From: Eutreptiella sp. 'Long Island Sound 2002'
Taxonomy: Eukaryota > Protista > Euglenida
Assembly: GCA_964036045.1 (NCBI GenBank)
Contig: OZ038378.1
Coordinates: forward strand, 61,752,001 to 61,816,000
Direction of reading: 5' to 3'
DNA length: 64,000 bases
In this document: piece by piece, positions 22,930 to 35,400 of the stretch
Numbering within the stretch: the stretch's first letter is position 1
Layout: the number at the start of each line of letters is the position of its first letter
Position numbers and translations under genes: made by a program
Notes under the pieces: generated by a model
Seen by the model: the letters and a program-made list of their open reading frames with translations, nothing else
Database searches by the model: none
What the model was told of the DNA's origin: nothing

Positions 22930-25500
22930 CCCTTGGTGCGCGTTTGAAACCCAATGTTGTTCCGGCCAAATTGTTCCAATGTTCTAGGCTATCTGGCCGG
23001 AAAAAAAAAAGTTCAAAATTTATTTACCCCCCAACCAAGCCTACCCGTATATGGTGGCAAAATATGTTGTTTGCTAGCCTTGGGGGTCCCCGCTGGTATG
23101 CTCATATTTGTTGCCCGGCGCGTTGCCACGTGAAAAAAACTTGTTTTCAAAAACATTTTTTGTTAGAACACCATTGGAACACCGCTAGAACAAGTTATTG
23201 GAACGTCGCCGGAACAAGCACTCTACAACAAGAGCAAAGCACAAGGAAAGGTAAAATGGTAACATACATTGTTGTGTAGGGTGCCCCCCGGGGCCCATCG
23301 GGTTAGTCTCTTGTTCTCACCTAAAAGTCCTGCGTGGTCGGGGGCCCGGCGGGCGCCCCCGAACTCTTGTCACCCGCCCCACTATCCCCCCCATCCCCCT
23401 CACCGACCACCACCCCTTCACCCACCATCCCTTCACCCTCCACCCCTTCACCCACCACCCCTTCACCCTCCACCCCTTCACCCTCCACCCCTTCTCCCAC
23501 CACCCGTTCACCCTCCACCCCTTCGACCTCCATCCTTTCCCCCTCCAGCCCTTCGACCTCTTCCCCGACGCCCCCATCCCGGTTAGCCCCGGTAGCACCC
23601 AAACCTGCCCCCGGTCCATCCCCTTCGTCTCCCCCGTCCCCGTCCCCGTCGTTGCTCTCGTCCCCCTCCTCGTCCGCGTCCGCGTCGTCCTCCTTGTCCT
23701 CCTCCTCGGCCGCCATCATCTTGGCGAGGAACTTCTTCGCCTGCGTCTTGGTTTTCCAAACCGATGCTCTCGGGATGGCGAAGAGTTCGGGGTCGTTGGG
23801 GAAGGCGATCCAAGTCTCCCCAACCCCGGGGGGGCCACCCGCAGCAAGGGCCTCTTTGCCCTGCTCCATCCCCCACTGCCCATTGTCCCGAAAAACTACA
23901 TACACTTGCTCCCCCGCTTTGTATTTGCACCCCGCCCCCTCTTGCCTTTGGCTTGGCCTTGGGTTGGGGTTGGGGGGGCTGGGCCTTGGGTTGGGGGGGC
24001 GCGGCTCTCTTGGGAGCCTTGCGAGGGGGTTTGGTGGGCTCCTTGGCCGGGGGCGGGGCTGGAACTCCTCGAACGCCGAGGAGTCGGTGGTGGACGCCGA
24101 GGAGGAGTCCGTTGAGGAGTCGCTAGACGACTCCTCGCTGGAGGACTCCCCCGGGAGCCTCTTCCTTTTTTGGGGGGCTGGTTTGGGGGCGCTCTTGGGT
24201 TCCCGCTTGGGGGGGCGTTGGGGTTTGGGTTTGGGTTTGGGTGCTGTTTGGGGGGCTGGGTGGGGGTTCGGGGGTTGGGGTTGCACGGGCGGTGCACACG
24301 CGGGCGGGGCGGGGGCCTCTGCGGCCACTTGTTGGCAGTGCGGCGGCGCTGGGGACATGTCGCCAATGCTGCCCCACCCCTCGATGCGCGCCGCGAGAAC
24401 GCTGCCGCGGGCTGCCACGTAGTCCATCATGGCCGTGAGGAACTCGAGCACGGCGACGGGCTGCAAGTGCAACTGCTGAAGCAACGTACCCAAATAGATG
24501 GGCCGGGGATCGCTTCTTGGCCAACGAAGGATCACCCGTGGCCTTGGGATCCGAAGTGCTCACCGCGGGGGCCAGCTCCAAGGGGGCCAGTAGATCTTGC
24601 CAGCGCTGCTGGAAAGCCCTCTCAGGGCAAATCGGACGGGCGAATGGAAGGCCCGTGGTCGCGGTGTACTTCAGCCCCCGGAGGGTGTACACTTCCGAGA
24701 GCGTGCGCCAAGCGGATTTGGGCGCACGCAGGTTGAGGATGAGCTCGCAACACTCATCGGGGGGGAGCACCTCGGAGGCGTACTTGGCGATTGCCCCTTG
24801 CTGTATCTCGCGTACACAGCTTGGTTGGGCCAAGCGCACGGCCACCGCAAATTGGCGGCGGGCGTGTGGAGAGGAGATGGCCCATTCCGCTATGAGCTCC
24901 CCAACAAGATCCCCGTCCCGGAGGCTAACAGCACTAGCCAAATGGACGAGGTGGGTGGTTAGTTGCGCAACGCGGGTTTGCGATCTAGGCATGATGAAGC
25001 TACAACAATGAACTACGAAGCGAAATTTGGCAATGCATACCTCTAGGGGAAGATGCCCGTAGACCCACCGAGCATTCAGGCAAGGAACAAATACCAAAAT
25101 GGGACCCTAGGCATGGCCACAATGCACAAATCAAACAGGAGAATGGGGACGCCAACGTTGAAAAGTCATACAACGGTGCGTCTGAACTATAAGAAACAGC
25201 AGGCTTGCAAATGGATACGAAAAGTTCGAAATGTGTACACCTAGTGGAAGGCGGCACCAACGGCTCACAAGATGTCAACATCCCCCCGATGGGAAAGACA
25301 AGCCTTGGACGCGTTATACATGCAAGAAAGAGACAAAAAACATCATTTACGAACTTGGAAACTCATGGTGATGGATCTGGTTATCTGGCCTGCGACACTT
25401 GTTCCAGTGGTGTTCCCAACGAGATTGTTCCGGCGGGAATTGTTCCCATTGGGAATATTCCAGTCGGGAACAACATTGGGTTTCAAACGCGTACCAAGGG
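22930..25500 (-). mobile_element. 2571-bp TIR DNA transposon (CCC...GGG ends, ~34-bp TIR, 2-bp GA TSD), CMC/EnSpm-like, probably non-autonomous
   Basis: Left cccttggtgcgcgtttgaaacccaatgttgttcc; right reverse complement cccttggtacgcgtttgaaacccaatgttgttcc; GA on both flanks. Confidence 0.9.
23321..24990 (-). pseudogene. Frameshifted ORF of the nested element: RAG1/Transib-like pre-core segment joined to Pro-rich and acidic (EGEGV)n tail
   Basis: LPPDECCELILNLRAPKSAWRTLSEVY...TATTGLPFARPICPERAFQQRWQDLLAP; second frame 23321-24535 has low-complexity sequence with 15-bp repeats at ~23410-23560. Confidence 0.45.
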
Positions 25501-28500
25501 GAGGGGGGGTAGTCCCAGAACTCCAGCAGTTCGAGGAGATCTCCCCAGCCTGCCCCCTCCTCCGAGGGTAGGGTCGGCTCGAAAATCCACGCCATGGCAG
25601 GGGAAAGAGACCTGAGGACACGCACAAAACTCACCTTCAACTACTTGCAGCTGCCGAAGGCGGCATAATGACGCGGGTCAGGGGCTTCAGACGCTTGCGC
25701 CGGCGACATGGCCCGTTTGCATGTGGCCCCGTGGATGCTGATTGATGTTCAGAGGCTCGCAAGGTCCCGGTCCGGTGTATTCAAACTTGGGCTCGCACAA
25801 CGTCGAGCCATCCGGACCTGCTATTTGTCACATGGAACAGCACACTGTAGACAACAATACTCGGCAAACAAAATTCTTGCACACCAAAACATGCACAACG
25901 GCAGGCACAAAGACGAAGGAACAGGCAGTCAACTGAAGCTACGTGATGCACAGTGCTTTTTTTGTGAGAAAAAACTGCAACCATATTCAACCATCAGAAT
26001 TGTTCCTCCAAAAAAACAACGATTCCATCCCGTATCCCTCACACAACAAAAGAGTAAGAAGATGGTGTGACACCGATTTCTTGTTCTGCTTGTTCATTTT
26101 CAAAAAAAGCGACTGCCGTCCATGCCCCTGGCAGGCCACCTGAATCCGTGTGTCGCTCATCCTCACTGGGTTCCCACGGGTTAGTCGCGCCGCCGGGACT
26201 CCACGGATTCCGTTTTTCAGGGGGGGCGGGGGTGGGGCAGTGACCTGCCAAAACAAAAAAAAGACCCTACTTTAAGCGCTGACACTTCAGGGGTTGGGGA
26301 GGGGGGTGGTCGTCAATTGTGTGTACATGAACAGTTTTTTGGCCCAGGCAACAGAGGGAAACGCTCATGCGTGAGCAGTGGTACCGCAATCAGTTTCGAA
26401 AACGGGGCATGCCGGTCGGCAAAAAAGCAGTCATGGTCAATCACCGTCATCGTCTCAAGGCCCTATGTGCCAGCCACATGAGCCCACCAGTCAAACGGTG
26501 AAACCAAGGTCCTATGGGGGGAAACGGTCAATGTGTATAATTGGTCGGATGGTGACTTTTTTACAAAAACCCTTGCAATTTCCTTGGGATTCAGCAAGCA
26601 ATTGGGGATGCAAAGCTCCTGCCAATTCCAAGCAATGTGCCAGAGCATTATGGAAGCAATGCTCCTAGTATGTGCTTGGGTGAACTCCGAACGATCGTCA
26701 GAAGCATCGCTTTCGACATCGGAAGCGATCACCCCGACCAATTTTGGCAGCCTGGCTTCCAAAATCCCTAAGGACGGAAAAATATCGGAAGCGTTTTTGG
26801 GAGGAATATTCCCAGCAGCGCTGACAATTAACCTGTAAAGATCGGAGGGCACGTGCCAGGCAACGCTCACAAACATGCCCCGGTTCTCATCATTCTATGT
26901 TGTGCCCGTAGGACACATGTGACGAGAGGAGTGCCTTGGCATTGCTTCGCGGCTGCCCCCCCCCCCCCCTACGTGGCATTCCATCTAGTTGTTGTTTCCA
27001 AACAAGGCCCTGGAGAAGTCACCCATCTCCGCGTGTTGTGTAGGGGCTGCTTTCAGTAGGCCGCTGCAACGGGTGCAAGTGCTAGTGTTGTTTGTGTGTT
27101 CGCGGAGCCCAGTGGTTGGTGTGCTGCAGCGCTGCTGCATGTGGCATGGTGTGCCGTTTGCAAATCACCCGTACCCATTAGTTGGCACATTGGCGGTCTA
27201 TTGGTTGTTGTGGGGGTCGTTTGACTTTTTGTTCTCCAAACAACTCTGTTCTCAAGCCATCCACAACTTGCCTCTCTGTCTTTCCATAGTCATGAGCCCC
27301 AAATGCCTTGCTCCACACAAGCCCCAGCAGTGGCCCATTGGGCTCGAGATCCCAGAGGCGCAAACAAACAATGGCACTGTGCTACACGGGCCCCAGGGTT
27401 GATTATTTGGGGGGCCGGTCCCCTACGCGCACTTGTGGCTGCACACGACGCATCAACGGCCCTGGTTGTGGCCCACTCGGTGCACGTTCCTCTAAGCGTG
27501 GATGGACAAAAACATTGCCCCGCAGTGGCCCCAAGGCTGGCCCTATTGGTGCCCCATCCCCTACGCACACTCACCATTGTACGTAACTTCTCCAGGGCCC
27601 GCTGGCCCACTATGATTCCGATGTCTCGGCCGATATCCAAGTCAATAGGTCTCCTCGACGGCCAATGTTCCTGTTGTGTGCGAGGGGTACACTGAGTCGG
27701 GTTGGGTGGACCGCAAGTCGGGTGGAGAGCACTTGTGCGCCCCTGAGTGGGTTACCAATGTTGGTGTGCGTGTCTGCCGCCGCAGTCCAGCGGCCAGACA
27801 CCCTTGCCCGCTGTAACTACCGCAAACATCCGCCACCGTCTTGCTGTGCACTACCGCCTACCGCTGCTCTGCCGCCTCGCGGGCTGCCACACATGCTGAC
27901 AGCCACTTGCTATTCCCTCCGACCCCTCATGGACGACACTGCTTTCATCGTCGAACATAGGGTGCGGGTGGGCGGCACCCCGATTGTCCCCTAGCTCTCT
28001 GTAACCTTTCCACCGCCCCAAAGCACAGTCCCCCCCCCCCCCCCGGTGTCCTCGGCATTGGACTCCTCAGGACCCTTCGTCGCCTCTGCGCTACACAGCC
28101 GTCGTGCCGCGCCCCTATCGTGGTCTCGAGTGTTGTGGAACACGGCACTGCCCTCTTGCCCCAGAGCGCTAACACTTGCGGTTCCCCCTCGGGGTGAGGG
28201 GATCTACTATCGAACTGCCGCCCTGCTCTTAGGCCGGGGGGTTCTGTGCGCCCCGCCAACCATGCTGCCGACGGCCACCTCGAAGGTGTGTTGCCAGCCC
28301 CTTGTGGAAGGCTTGGCAGCGGGCTTGTGTCCCGCGGCCGCGGGCTCTGGTCGATCCCCACAGGCCGCCTCTCTCGCTATATACCAATGACCCAGTGTAC
28401 TCAGTATACCGTTCTACTCATTGCGGTGGGTGCCCACAGTTTGCAGCCTTGTGTGTGCCGGGAGTTGAATGGTGACCCCGTGCCTGTGTGTGTCTTGCCG

Positions 28501-31176
28501 TGCTAACCACCTAGCGTCTTCGCTACTGTCCCCGTGTTTGCACCGTTGCGTAGCAGCCGGCAAGTAGGTGGTGTCCGCCCCACTGTACGCAGTTTTCCGC
28601 TAGCAACACGGTGTGCTCGTTTCAAGGCGTAAAACCGTTCTCCGTGGAGACAAGCAACAGCGTGTTTAGGACCCTTGTGGGCCCCATGCGCAAGTAGTTC
28701 TACCAGTTCATACCTAAATGCCGCAAACTATCACCTATGATCCTTTTATCATAGCACTCATGGGGTAGCAGGCACGCAATGTATGCAAGTAATACTCTCG
28801 GCCATAGCATAAGGTGAGCAGTATTCGATTGCTCACACCTGGTCCGATGGGTTGCGCGTGTGCATCTCTGTACCCAAAACAGTGGTTTTCAAGGCTGAAC
28901 TTCCAAGAGCCAACCAGGGGCCTTTTCGGGCAGCTAGGGCCTACGGGAATCCAGTGTGGCCAGTTGTCTTTGCAAATGTGCTAAATCTCGAAATCGAGGC
29001 TACCGCGCCGCAACCACTTGAGTCTAGCTCTAGGGACGCATTGAACAAAAGTTGGGGGGAGGCGGCTCTCAAGGGATCGGGGAATTGGTAAAAACTCGTC
29101 ATTGTTGCGAACACTGAGGTGGTGCCTAGGAGGGCCTTATACCTACATACTCAACAAAGCGGATACCGTTACCGGGGTAATCACTTGACGGGCGTCCGCC
29201 AGGGAACTTGGTTGAGACCGAAAGACGGGTGTTGTCACAGCCGAGCCACACCAAGAGTCGGGAGGGGGGCTTCATTAACGGTTGGTTGGTGCACACCACA
29301 TTCTTGCAGACCCCGGCCACAGTGCGCGGGGGGGGGGGGGGGGGGGCTAGGGGCGTGGTCCAGGTCCGGCGGTGTAGACGGCCGTTTCCCACAACGCAGC
29401 CACGGTGAGGGGGTGGTGGCTCCCATTGCTTCATGTCGGCCGATCTGGAATTCAGTCCACGATATCCCGCGGGTGCTCCGGTTCTATGCTTCGGCCACCA
29501 GGAAAAGCCCCCCGTTACCCAAGCGCGAGCTGATAACGGACCTAGCAGCCCAAGAACTCCTCCAAAACAACAGACACCCCCGTGAGTGTGCACGGCCCCA
29601 CGCCAACCGTGGGCGAAAGAAAAGCCTAGCCCCCCTCCTCGGGCTGCCAAAAACCCCTACCAGCACAACCAATCGGCGCGTCGCCGGGGAGACGGCTGCG
29701 GCCCGCAGGCAATTGGTGTGCTTCTTCCACGCCGCCACCGGAGGAGGAGCTAGCCGACCCCTAGACCGTGATCGAAGGGTTGCCCCCCACCCCCCCCCCC
29801 TCCAAGTGTGGCGGGTTTAGGTGCGACCCATAATGTGGCAAAAGCTGCCATGAGCGAAATTGGTGGAATATTCTTCAGCTTAATCAACATGGGTAGCATG
29901 GCCCAACTAGTTCGCTGCAAGTGTTTGCGTTCTAGTTGGGGGTGTTGAGATGGTTAGAGGGCAGGGAAGGGTAGTTCAGCGGAGCTTGTGATTGGCCAAC
30001 ACTTGGGCTCCACCCCCCCCACCCCACCCCCACCCCAAATCACCCGCCCTAAGCTGCCCCTTCAACCCCCCCAAAACCTGCCGCCCCCCCCCCCCCCCCG
30101 GCGCGCTATGCACTGCTAGGGTGCAAAGTGCATAAAATTTCCTTCCAGCGCCTTTGGTGCCCATGGAGCGCCAGGCGCCTTCGGCGCCCGTCCCATCCTG
30201 AGTGCGGCACCTTTAGCAACGAATTGTTGGCACGAGGGCCGGCAGGTTCTGAGGGAGGGGGGGGGTTGCATCCTATGACCCGCAGAGTCGCCACCCCCCC
30301 CCCTGGGGTTTCCAATCCATCGCACACCTCCAAAAGGGTGGAGAGATGCATGCCCTACCCCTGTGATCGCCACCATGAGACAGAGCAAGGGGTTTTCGTT
30401 TCTTGTGCACACCACACAAGACGGAGACGGCATGCCCTCCCCAAGGTTGGACAACATTGAGCCAATTTGCCGCCTCTGAGCACTTGAGTGCTAGGCGGAG
30501 GGACAATACTCCATTCACGTTCCCACCGGAGTTGGGCCAGAGGGGGGTGGTGGGAGAAGGCTTCCCGATCCCTACGTTGACAGCCATGTGGCAAAGAGCC
30601 CGAATTCCCACCCATGTGCGGGACAACACGGGGTGGGGCGACAAGCCACAAAACTTTGGCCAACCACGGTGGTAGGAGCAGGGAACACTAAGGCACGGAT
30701 ACGATAAAGATTGGCATAGGATTGTACTAGCATTATATATTAGTATTAATTAATTAATCAATTGCCACTACCACGAGCAACAACACATAACATCACTACA
30801 TAGGTTCACCCATGTTTGCATCCTTGTGGCTTTCACACACATCGACCCCTGTTTCTACAACATATCCACACATCCATGGCGGTAGCAAGACATGACAATC
30901 TTGACCCTTGGGCTTTCCATACCTTGTCATCGCAAGGGGGGCGGGGGGGGGGGGGGTTCCCATCCCTTTGAAAAAATAATGATCACTCTTTCCCATCCTC
31001 GTGCCTTGTTTCTCAGTGAATCAGTTTATTCATGGAGTCCTGTTGGAGTAGCATATGTTGTATCGACATTCCCCAAGCTTGATAAGGATGGCGTATGGTG
31101 TTGTCGTAATTAACCTGACACATGTACCCTTAACACTCGCTAGGCGAATGATTGTTGATGTTAACGACTTGCGGTC

Positions 31177-32065
31177 ATGAAAAATTTTGTTGTAGGTGGT
31201 TGGTGTGTCCCAATGACAAGTGGGATGACATTCAACGCACGAAAAAATTTGTTGCTTTTGATGGTCGTTGGGATGGGATATTGCACCTTTGCGTTCAAAA
31301 TGAACGACGCCGAGATTGCAACAACCACTCCCACCCCAAGCCCAACTCCTACCACAAGCCCCAAACTTCTCCCCGGCTCCATGGCTACCCTCACATCCAC
31401 ACCTGACATTGGACCCCTCCAACCCACGGTCTAGAACGCTTACCGTACACAGGACAATCAAGATGAGGACATGCCGCATTGGGGTAATGAGCGTGAACTC
31501 CATGGCCCCTACCTAACACAAGCATGTGACGACACTCCGGGGTGTAGAGAATGCAACAACGAATGCTCGTCAAAAAAGGTCAAGGGGGCCCCAAAGCTTG
31601 GTGCCACCTCACGGGCAAGCACTTCGATGTTGGATCGTAACCATGGCGTGCACTCACTAGTATGACTCGTTGACTCAATAATAATGAGTCAAAAAATTGC
31701 ACATAAGAGAAATGGCAACTTTGACAATTGCTTTTGGTGGATGGGATCCACAACCAAAAGCTCTTTGTTAATCCCGTGTGGCATGATGTTTGCGTTCTCC
31801 GGCATGATTATTCAGCAACCGCCAACTTGGGGTCACCATGCCAACAGTCATGGTGACTTGCCACTCCCTCGTGGCATCGACCGATTCACTTCATTATCGA
31901 AGAGAACGTACCAACACTGCCTCACACATGGAGATGGAGGGATGGACATGCGGGTTCAAGGAAAACAAGTGGTATATTGTTGATAACAGCGCCAAACGCA
32001 ACCGGAATTCACCCCGGATGCCAGTACATGGAGGTGTTGCTCGACTCGTTTACTACCTAAACTAG
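31177..32065 (+). pseudogene. Decayed type-II membrane glycosyltransferase-like gene (GT34/MNN10-like)
   Basis: N-terminal TM (NLLLLMVVGMGYCTFAF), Thr/Pro stem, CRIGVMSVNS, FDNCFWWMGS (cf. WWxDxD), MPVHGG; frameshifted. Confidence 0.35.
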
Positions 32066-32099
32066 CCAAGCAAAGCTGTTGAGGGTGCGTTTTGGGGCC

Positions 32100-32839
32100 C
32101 AAGTTGGCGGCCAAAGCTTCCAAGCAACTTTCTAAGCGATTTTGAAAATTTGCAGATATTTTCCTACCAAACCTTTCTCGCAATATTAGTTGCATTTTGG
32201 GGCCAGATTTACGTGCCAAAACTTCAAAGCATTGTAGGTAGCAACTTTGAAAGCTGAAAGACATTTCCGCAACAATATCCGATGCATTCAGGGAGGGAAT
32301 AGTGCAACAAGAATACGTCATTACACAAAAACAAATAAAAGGGGAAAAGAAAGGGGGATGTGCCAATAAAGCAAAAATACTGAATCCCTGTTTTAACAAC
32401 ACGTAGGCGGTGGAGTGGCGCAATCTCGGCATCATGGGTCCAAACCCAAATCATGAGACATGCCATGAACGGTTCGGCATCTGTGATGTACCTAAAAAAA
32501 GTATTGTCCACAGAGCCCCGAGAACTCCAATGGTCCAAAAGCTGCACAGTGACATGGTGCAAAGAAGCGAATGGATGATGGTACCTAACTAAAATTGTGA
32601 AAGTTGTACTCCGCGTCAGTCAGCATCGTTACAAGACAACCATCACTGGACATGTTGTCAACATCCACAACCCAGTATTTGTGACTATGAATAGGGTTGG
32701 GTAAGGTCCCGCACTTATTGTAGAGCCACCGGAGATGCACTCCTCCTGAATCATCATATGAACCACCATGAGTAGGGCTACTATTAGTCCCACTATCACT
32801 GCTACAACTATTGCTGTTATTGTTGACGTAGCTACTCAT
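32100..32839 (-). pseudogene. Decayed GT-A (GT2-like) glycosyltransferase relic
   Basis: YWVVDVDNMSSDG (cf. IIVVDxxSxDG) and WVWTHDAE (cf. WxLxLDAD), in different frames. Confidence 0.3.
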
Positions 32840-32999
32840 GCAGCTATTGCTGCTGTTGCTACTCGTAGGGCACGTGACAGCTTTGCTTCCGTCATGGGTT
32901 GAACACGCTACAACACGTTCATTCCTTCATGACCTTGAAAGGAGGAGGCATTGTCTTTTCCCCGCAAAGGCAGTACACTAGCAATTGAAGCATGCTTAG

Positions 33000-35400
33000 A
33001 AACACTTAGATTCGCGATACAGTCGGTAGAAGATTCTAACTACCTTTTCCTTTGTCTTTCGGTGCTTTACGTTTGACAACACGGGATTTAAATTTCGACT
33101 GGCTCTTTGAACCCATGGCGTGCCACTAGCTGAAAGTTTCGACCTTTATTAACACCCAATTCCGCTCACATCACCATATAGAATTGGGCCTCCATAGTGT
33201 GCTCCACTATCCACCCCGACCCGGCTTGTAGGTAAATTTGCTTTCTTTTCGCCAATCTAGTGCCACTTGCAAAGCCGCAAGTATAGACGAACTATAGGAA
33301 CTTGTTTTGGAAAAATTGCTCGCAGTAGCACAAAGATTTGGGCCTCCAAAAGGAGCTTGACAATTCGCCCCGACTCAAGTAGTGCAAAAGGTGCTAGACT
33401 ATATTCCACGTGACCACTGTGCTACCGGAAGAGGTTAGTAGTCAACCGAGGCCCTGAATGAAGACCCAAAATATAGGGCGCTCACAGGAACGCAATTTAG
33501 AAAGATTGCTCACGTGAGCACAGAGATCTTGGGGTGGAAAGCGTCCTCGACTAACCGCTTGACCCGTAGGCCCTTCGGCTCATGTTTTATCAAACGAGAG
33601 TTGTCTGCGAAGCCTCAAGTACGGGCTAGCCGCAGCAACTTGTTTTGGAAGGATTGCTTGCTGGAGTAGTGAGATCTCGGCCTAGAAAGTGTGGCCGACC
33701 ATCCACCACATACTGACTCACAGTAAATTTGTCTCGGTTTTCAACAACTCGTAGCTGTTGGCAAAGCACCGAATTTCGGCTACCCACAGGAAACCATTTT
33801 GGAAGGAGTGCACTTAGCAGCACAGAGAGCTAGGTCATAAAAGAGCGCTCGAAGATTCACTCCACACCCTAGGAAAAAGGTGGTGCGCCCCGGCGGGCGT
33901 TCTCGTGGCGTATGTTGCACCAGTTGTGGATCTTTGGACACTGGTTCAACTGTGTGTGTTGTCTCTTGCACGAATCTGGTCAAACGGTGCACGTGGCACC
34001 AGGGAGGAAGCCCACCACCTTGAACTAGTTATTGCACGCCTGGTACAATCAGGCCACAAAACCTGAGCACTAACAAGACGCCAAAGCGCCCGCCACCATG
34101 AGGTGTTCGTCAAGCATGTGCCATGCATTGTATTTGACGGTTTTTAGACAATTGGCACACCACATGACACATATGGGACGTGTGTAGATATTTGTACTAC
34201 GTCGTGCCACACATATGGTACAATAGTGACGCTGAGCAGAGTGGTGCTGAACTACGAAAATTCGTCTGCGCCGCGAAGTTCCAAAACGTTTTGCAGATCT
34301 TCCCCGAAACCAATGTGAAAATAACAGTCCTTGAGGTCTATCTTTGCACCAAAGTGGACCTTTTGCAACAAAGAAAATTTTTGGGGCCACGCTTGTAGCC
34401 GAAACTACGGCGGTTGAATGTGATGGTTCCGTGGCTTGGCATTTAAAATGAATGTTACTTTGGGATGGTACAGAAAAAACTAGTGAAGGAGATGTTCTCC
34501 GAGAATCGCCAAGCCGCAGGGTGGCTCCCAGTGCCTCATATTCTCTGAAAATCAGCTTGGCACTCTCAACATCGCTTGGCGAACGCCGGTGGCAATGCAA
34601 CGGACGAAGACTTGGGCGTGAAACCAACCAAAGTGGAATTAAACCTTGTTAAATCGACTTCACAATGTGTGGGGTTGTGTTTACTTTCCACCAATCCACA
34701 CACACTCATAAGCGCATGTAACATTCTTTGGAAGCGAGAAATTGGGGCCGTGGGGAGGCATGGCCCAAGGGAGAGTTGAATACTTGGGAGATGGTTAGTC
34801 AACCTTGAGACGTGGTCGCAGCGCCTTGGAAGAGAAAAAGATTGCTAGATTTCTTTTTGTTGTTGCACCAGACGATTCTTCCAGTGGCCTTTGCCTTTTT
34901 CTCCACCCCAACCTTTGTCCCCACAGCCCTTACCACCTTTGCCGGGAAAACCACCACCGACCTTATTTATGGGATCTTGCCGTTGCCACTCCAATACAGA
35001 GAGGTTTTGAAACGAGTGTGTGCTCACGAAGTTTTGCCTGTTGCACATTTTTTGGACAATGTTCCACTTGTTCAACACCTACCATCGCGCGCACCAGATA
35101 GTAATCACCCAATCGATTCAAGTCGCAACGCGATCGTAATCTTAAGTCTTTTGAAGGAACTATTTTCCATTTATTGCGCCTCGTGTGCTATGTCTCCACC
35201 GAAGTAGAGAAAAACGAGTCTTCCGTCCATTTTGATATATTGTTTGGGAAGTGCTTTCAGGTGCTTTTGGATTGGCAACAATGTATTGACGGTTTTCAAA
35301 TGACATCTTCGATCAAAGATTGGATTGAGAAAAAAACCCCAATTGTTGTCAAAATCCCATATTTCTACGGCCCAATTTCAACGCCACAATTGTCGTAAAG
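33000..35400 (-). pseudogene. Old, heavily decayed non-LTR retrotransposon (RT region)
   Basis: Ordered relics TIPK...TITFN...GYK, QG...FRGRSA, GCGVNLRALFYDLAL, AEIRCFAN (YADD-like), RLRRQLSFDKT (GLxxNxxKT). Confidence 0.55.

Larger units (their letters stand above)
18492..26921 (-). mobile_element. ~8.4-kb DNA element with CACATGT termini, block-conserved imperfect TIRs and a near-perfect 4-bp TSD (ACCA/ACGA); Chapaev/CMC-like
   Basis: Both ends read CACATGT-N15-CATAGAAT-N(24 left/12 right)-GGCATG-N6-AGCGTTGC; internal AAAAATATCGGAAGCGTTTTT motif near both ends. Confidence 0.65.

Noticed and set aside
27000-30700. Tyrosine-recombinase/DIRS or other gene assignments for scattered ORF fragments
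   Set aside because: The fragments look coding-like but no diagnostic motif set could be established by eye.
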